From the NCBI GenBank assembly GCA_034659095.1, contig JAYEGQ010000129.1, forward strand, positions 1 to 58,383: a stretch of 58,383 nucleotides of DNA, given 5' to 3'. Each line of letters begins with the position of its first letter. Within the stretch, counting starts at the first letter, position 1. Shown one piece after another: positions 54,815-58,383 of the stretch. This stretch comes from Thermotogota bacterium. Its GTDB lineage: Bacteria > Thermotogota > Thermotogae > MWEM01. Made by a program: the position numbers and the translations under genes. Below the pieces are notes generated by a model that saw only the letters and a program-made list of their open reading frames with translations, was not told the DNA's origin and made no database searches.

Positions 54815-55864
54815 ATGGAAAAGACAAAAATGAAAGACAACCGAAATGTACTGGAAGTCGAAAACCTGAAACTCTATTACAACGTTTCAGACGGACAGGT
54901 CAAAGCCGTAGATGATGTCACCTTCTTTCTGAGAAAAGGAGAAACCCTGGGACTGGTAGGCGAATCCGGATGTGGAAAAACCACTACGGCAACTGCCCTG
55001 ATGCACTTGCCAACTCCTCCGGGATATATTGCCGGAGGAAAGATCATCTTAGACGGCGAAGACATTGTCCCGTTGAAAGAAACAGAAATCCGAAAACGCA
55101 TCCGATGGGAAAAGATCTCCATGGTCTTCCAGGGAGCCATGAACTGTTTGACCCCAGTTTACACCATCGGAAAACTCATGACAGAAACACTTCAGGAGCA
55201 TCGTGCCATTTCGCAAGGCGAAAAGACTTCGGGGTTTTCCAAAAGCAGGAAAACTCCGCGAAAGATGAACAAGGAAGAAGCCCGCAAAATCATGGTCAAA
55301 TACCTGGACTACGTGGGCTTATCCGAAGATATCTTAAGGAGATACCCCCATGAACTCTCAGGGGGAATGAAACAGCGTGTGGTTATCGCCATGGCCTTAT
55401 TCTTAGAACCTAAAGTCATCGTCTGCGATGAACCCACAACAGCCCTTGACGTGGTGGTACAGGCTCAGATCATCAACTTGCTTAAAGAGCTGAAAGAAAA
55501 ACTGGACCTGGCCTTCATCTTCATCACCCATGATTTGGCCACAGTGGCGGAAGTCTCCGACAGAGTCCAAATCATGTACGCGGGACGGATTATGGAAATA
55601 GGAACCAACCAACAAATCTACGGTAAACAAGGCCCCATGCACCCGTATACCCGAAGACTACTGGAAGCCACCCCCAGACTCCACGAAGAAGTGGAAGAGT
55701 TGGCCTTCATCCCGGGAACACCTCCGGATTTATTAAGGCCACCACAAGGCTGCAAATTCCATGACCGATGTGACGTGGCCATGGAAAAGTGTAAAACCGA
55801 AGAACCCGATCTCATCGAAGTGGAAGAGGATCATTACGTGGCATGCTGGAGGTGTAGAAAATGA
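54815..55864 (+). CDS. ABC transporter ATP-binding protein (OppD/DppD-like)
   Basis: Walker A GESGCGKTT, signature LSGGMKQR, Walker B VIVCDEPTTALD, and a C-terminal oligopeptide-type Cys motif. Confidence 0.9.
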   Translation: MEKTKMKDNRNVLEVENLKLYYNVSDGQVKAVDDVTFFLRKGETLGLVGESGCGKTTTATALMHLPTPPGYIAGGKIILDGEDIVPLKETEIRKRIRWEKISMVFQGAMNCLTPVYTIGKLMTETLQEHRAISQGEKTSGFSKSRKTPRKMNKEEARKIMVKYLDYVGLSEDILRRYPHELSGGMKQRVVIAMALFLEPKVIVCDEPTTALDVVVQAQIINLLKELKEKLDLAFIFITHDLATVAEVSDRVQIMYAGRIMEIGTNQQIYGKQGPMHPYTRRLLEATPRLHEEVEELAFIPGTPPDLLRPPQGCKFHDRCDVAMEKCKTEEPDLIEVEEDHYVACWRCRK

Positions 55865-56868
55865 GTAACAGCAAATACTTAGTCGAAGTGGAAAACCTCC
55901 AAAAGTGGTTCCCCACCAGAAGAACCATCGGGGAAGTCTTCAAAGGCCAGCAGCGATACGTCAAAGCCGTCGATGGGGTGAGTTTTAAAATCGAACGGGG
56001 AGAAATCTTCGGACTGGTAGGCGAATCCGGATGCGGCAAGACCACCACGGGAAAACTCATCATGAAATTGTTGGACCCCACCGATGGCAAACTCATCTTC
56101 GATGATGACGACGTGACCCATTTAGATAAAGTAGGACTGGACACCTATCGGCAAAACGTCCAAATGGTCTTCCAGGATCCATACGCCTCCATGAACCCCC
56201 GATTCCGATTAAGAGACGTCCTGGAAGAACCCCTCATCATCCATAAAAAGGGTGGTTCCAAAGCCCAACGCATGGAAATGGTGAAAAAGGCATTAAACGA
56301 AGTGAGATTACAACCCTCAGAAGAATTCATGGTCCGATTTCCCCACATGCTTTCAGGAGGACAGAGACAGCGAGGGGCTACCGCCAGAAGTCTGATCTTA
56401 AACCCCAAGATGATCGTGGCAGACGAACCGGTCTCCATGATTGACCTGTCCACACGAGCGGAAATTCTGCACATGATGAAAACAGTCCAACGAGAGTTGA
56501 ACCTGACGTACTTGTACATCACCCATGATTTGTCAACGGCGAGATACTTCACGGACAAGATCGCCGTTATGTACCTGGGTAAAATCGTAGAGATGGGTAA
56601 TCCCAACGACGTTATCGACAACTCTATGCACCCGTACACCAAGGCATTGATCACCGCCGTATGTGAACCTATTGCCGGAAAGGTGAACCGAATCAAGGAA
56701 GTACCGATTAAGGGAGAAGTTCCCTCAGCGGAAAACATCCCTCAGGGTTGCCGATTCCACCCCAGATGCCCTTACGCCATTAAAGAGTGCTGGGAAAAGG
56801 AAGAACCGGTGTTGGAAGAAGTGGAAAAAGGTCACTTCGTGGCTTGTAGAAGATATAAGGAGATATAG
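55861..56868 (+). CDS. ABC transporter ATP-binding protein (OppF/DppF-like)
   Basis: Walker A GESGCGKTT, signature LSGGQRQR, Walker B MIVADEPVSMID. Confidence 0.9.
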   Translation: MSNSKYLVEVENLQKWFPTRRTIGEVFKGQQRYVKAVDGVSFKIERGEIFGLVGESGCGKTTTGKLIMKLLDPTDGKLIFDDDDVTHLDKVGLDTYRQNVQMVFQDPYASMNPRFRLRDVLEEPLIIHKKGGSKAQRMEMVKKALNEVRLQPSEEFMVRFPHMLSGGQRQRGATARSLILNPKMIVADEPVSMIDLSTRAEILHMMKTVQRELNLTYLYITHDLSTARYFTDKIAVMYLGKIVEMGNPNDVIDNSMHPYTKALITAVCEPIAGKVNRIKEVPIKGEVPSAENIPQGCRFHPRCPYAIKECWEKEEPVLEEVEKGHFVACRRYKEI

Positions 56869-56872
56869 AAAT

Positions 56873-56896
56873 GTAGGGGGGCCCGTGTGCCCTCCC
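56873..56896 (+). repeat. GTAGGGG-headed GC-rich REP-like element, copy 3 (doubles as operon terminator)
   Basis: GTAGGGGGGCCCGTGTGCCCTCCC followed by GTTTTTCTTTT, 5 nt after the oppF-like stop. Confidence 0.55.
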
Positions 56897-57052
56897 GTTT
56901 TTCTTTTGGTGGATCATTTTCAATAGCTTTCGATAAAAGAATGTGGCCACTAAATTTTCTTTTAGATACTACGTTTTAATACCAAAGGAGGACACAAGCT
57001 TTTTAACGAAGTCAACAAACCGTCCTCTGCTCCTACTTTTTATTGACTAAAA

Positions 57053-57712
57053 TTAAATCTTCAAAATAGCGCGAAAGGCGATTTTCAAGCTCAAGGCCTC
57101 TTCGTTGGTTATTTTTGTTTTATTGGCATAATCGTGTTTATCAATAAAATGTCGAAGTTTGTCTGTTAATCCAGCCAACTTTTCTTTCTGAATTTCTTTT
57201 AAATCATTACAAAAAGTTCTATCTTTTTTCTTTGAGGCAATTTTCAGTAATAATTCAAAATGATCGAAGCATATGATGGATGGTGAGTCTGTAAAGCATT
57301 TAAACCCTTCCGGAGTTTTCAAGACGTTATAAGCGGATTCGCCAATCCTTTCCGGAAGTGTTTCCAAGTATGAGCAAAAATAGCAATCTTGGTTCTTTTG
57401 ACGCTTTTTAAACATCGGTTTTTTGTCCATTTCTTCGCTTTGGCTTTTAATCATATCCCAAAATATGATGGCTGGTCCCAATCCCGCTACCGTTAAATCT
57501 TCTTTTACTGACTGATTAAACATCTCATAATGTTTTCTACAGATTCTGGAAAAACGAATATCTTTGCGAAATTGTCTTTTTGTAACACTTTCATATAACA
57601 GCACCTTCATGGACCGCTTAACGCGTTCTTCTTCAAGATAGCATAATGGGCATCCGTTGATATTGCGTTTTAAAAGCTCAAAAAAATCATGTTCTGATTG
57701 TGAAAATCCCAT
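57053..57712 (-). CDS. Cys-rich hypothetical protein (two CxxC pairs)
   Basis: CPLCYL...CRKH and CYFCSYL...CFDH motifs suggest metal binding. It lies between the ABC operon and an MCP gene. Confidence 0.5.
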   Translation of the reverse strand: MGFSQSEHDFFELLKRNINGCPLCYLEEERVKRSMKVLLYESVTKRQFRKDIRFSRICRKHYEMFNQSVKEDLTVAGLGPAIIFWDMIKSQSEEMDKKPMFKKRQKNQDCYFCSYLETLPERIGESAYNVLKTPEGFKCFTDSPSIICFDHFELLLKIASKKKDRTFCNDLKEIQKEKLAGLTDKLRHFIDKHDYANKTKITNEEALSLKIAFRAILKI

Positions 57713-57770
57713 AAATCACCTCTTGTTATTTTAACACATGACAAAAAGAGGAAAAACCACTAGATATAGT

Positions 57771-57813
57771 AGTATGAGAAAGGGTCAGCATTTCGCTGAC
57801 CCTTTCTCATACT
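57771..57813. terminator. 19-bp perfect hairpin after the MCP gene
   Basis: AGTATGAGAAAGGGTCAGC atttc GCTGACCCTTTCTCATACT. Confidence 0.6.
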
Positions 57814-57845
57814 TGTTTCCTCTTTATGCTTTTAGCGAGACAATA

Positions 57846-58383
57846 CTATATCTTAAATTTCTTAACTAACTTTGCTAATTCGTCTGAAAGGCTGGTTAAT
57901 TCTTCTGCCGTACCATTCATTTTTTGGGAGGAATCTGCTGTTTGTTTGACTCCAGTGGTAATCTCTTCCATTTGTTCGGATATACTCGCCATTGATTTTG
58001 CTGAAGTGTCCATAGCTGATGCCATTTCCTCAGCGGATGCACTTTGTTCTTGAGCGGCTCCGGATAATGATTCCACTCGATTATTTATATTTTCCATGTA
58101 ACTGGTGATTCTTTCAAATTCGGTTACCAAAATCTGTGCCCCTTCGTTCAATTCTTCGTAAAGTTCTACTGTCTTTTTCACAGCTTTATTAGCCTTGTCA
58201 GATCCTTCATCAATTTCGTTCAGGATATTGGCGATGTTGGAAGATGCGCTTTGACTTTCTTCTGCCAATTTCCTGATCTCATCCGCAACAACAGCGAACC
58301 CCTTACCTGCGTCCCCGGCTCTGGCTGCTTCAATGGCCGCATTTAAAGCAAGAAGATTGGTTTGTTCGGCAATAGATGAGAGG
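57846..58383 (-). CDS. methyl-accepting chemotaxis protein (C-terminal signalling domain; 5' end outside the window)
   Basis: The reverse frame continues open to the window edge. It encodes the highly conserved hairpin tip [41 protein letters not shown]. Confidence 0.9.
   Translation of the reverse strand, partial: LSSIAEQTNLLALNAAIEAARAGDAGKGFAVVADEIRKLAEESQSASSNIANILNEIDEGSDKANKAVKKTVELYEELNEGAQILVTEFERITSYMENINNRVESLSGAAQEQSASAEEMASAMDTSAKSMASISEQMEEITTGVKQTADSSQKMNGTAEELTSLSDELAKLVKKFKI

Noticed and set aside
54100-56868. Apparent jump in G+C. Hand counts of single 60-nt lines give about 48-57% in the OppC core and the OppD/F genes. The AT-rich permease N-terminus and the TPR gene give about 27-38%. 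This could suggest a horizontally acquired or mosaic segment.
   Set aside because: Similarly GC-rich lines occur in the conserved cores of dapH, the binding-protein gene and the permease gene. The variation therefore tracks protein conservation and composition rather than a clear boundary. A windowed GC/GC3 and codon-usage computation would be needed.

Overview
This 58.4-kb window is low-GC bacterial chromosome, densely coded and mostly housekeeping. Gene content and order look Thermotogota-like, which is an inference from the Thermotoga-type L-box-asd-dapA-dapB-dapH-lysC operon, the family-1 encapsulin with a ferritin-like cargo, a GlpA-like/oxidoreductase/DUF1667 trio, tandem csp genes and several ABC transporters. 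Reading left to right, it contains:
- a two-component pair;
- an RdhA-like Fe-S protein with two flavoproteins and an MFS transporter;
- an acyl-ACP thioesterase and a decayed IS1634-type transposase;
- a lysine riboswitch and a six-gene lysine operon;
- an Eis-like GNAT and the encapsulin-Flp pair;
- livJHMGF, followed by pgm, hpt and hslU (no hslV), then dprA, a beta-barrel protein, a pseudouridine synthase, a TPR protein and ispE;
- rpsF-ssb-rpsR and the glpA-like trio;
- an EamA transporter, two csp genes and a PAS-GAF kinase;
- a HEAT-like/THUMP methyltransferase/rdgB/phosphatase operon, DUF47-Pit and nagB;
- a polar amino-acid ABC operon and a large family-5 (Opp/Dpp-type) ABC operon;
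- a Cys-rich unknown protein and a partial MCP.

I found no tRNA, rRNA, CRISPR array, intact mobile element or recognisable defence island. The most unusual signals are non-coding:
- a short Ile/Leu/Val-rich leader ORF followed by a strong intrinsic terminator in the livJ leader, which is a candidate attenuator;
- a family of GTAGGGG-headed, GC-rich REP-like repeats;
- an orphan promoter-terminator unit near 36.2 kb;
- a homopolymer/palindrome island near 39.8 kb;
- a G-tract, telomere-like inverted repeat between livJ and livH.

All product calls come from motif recognition by eye. No database search was run.
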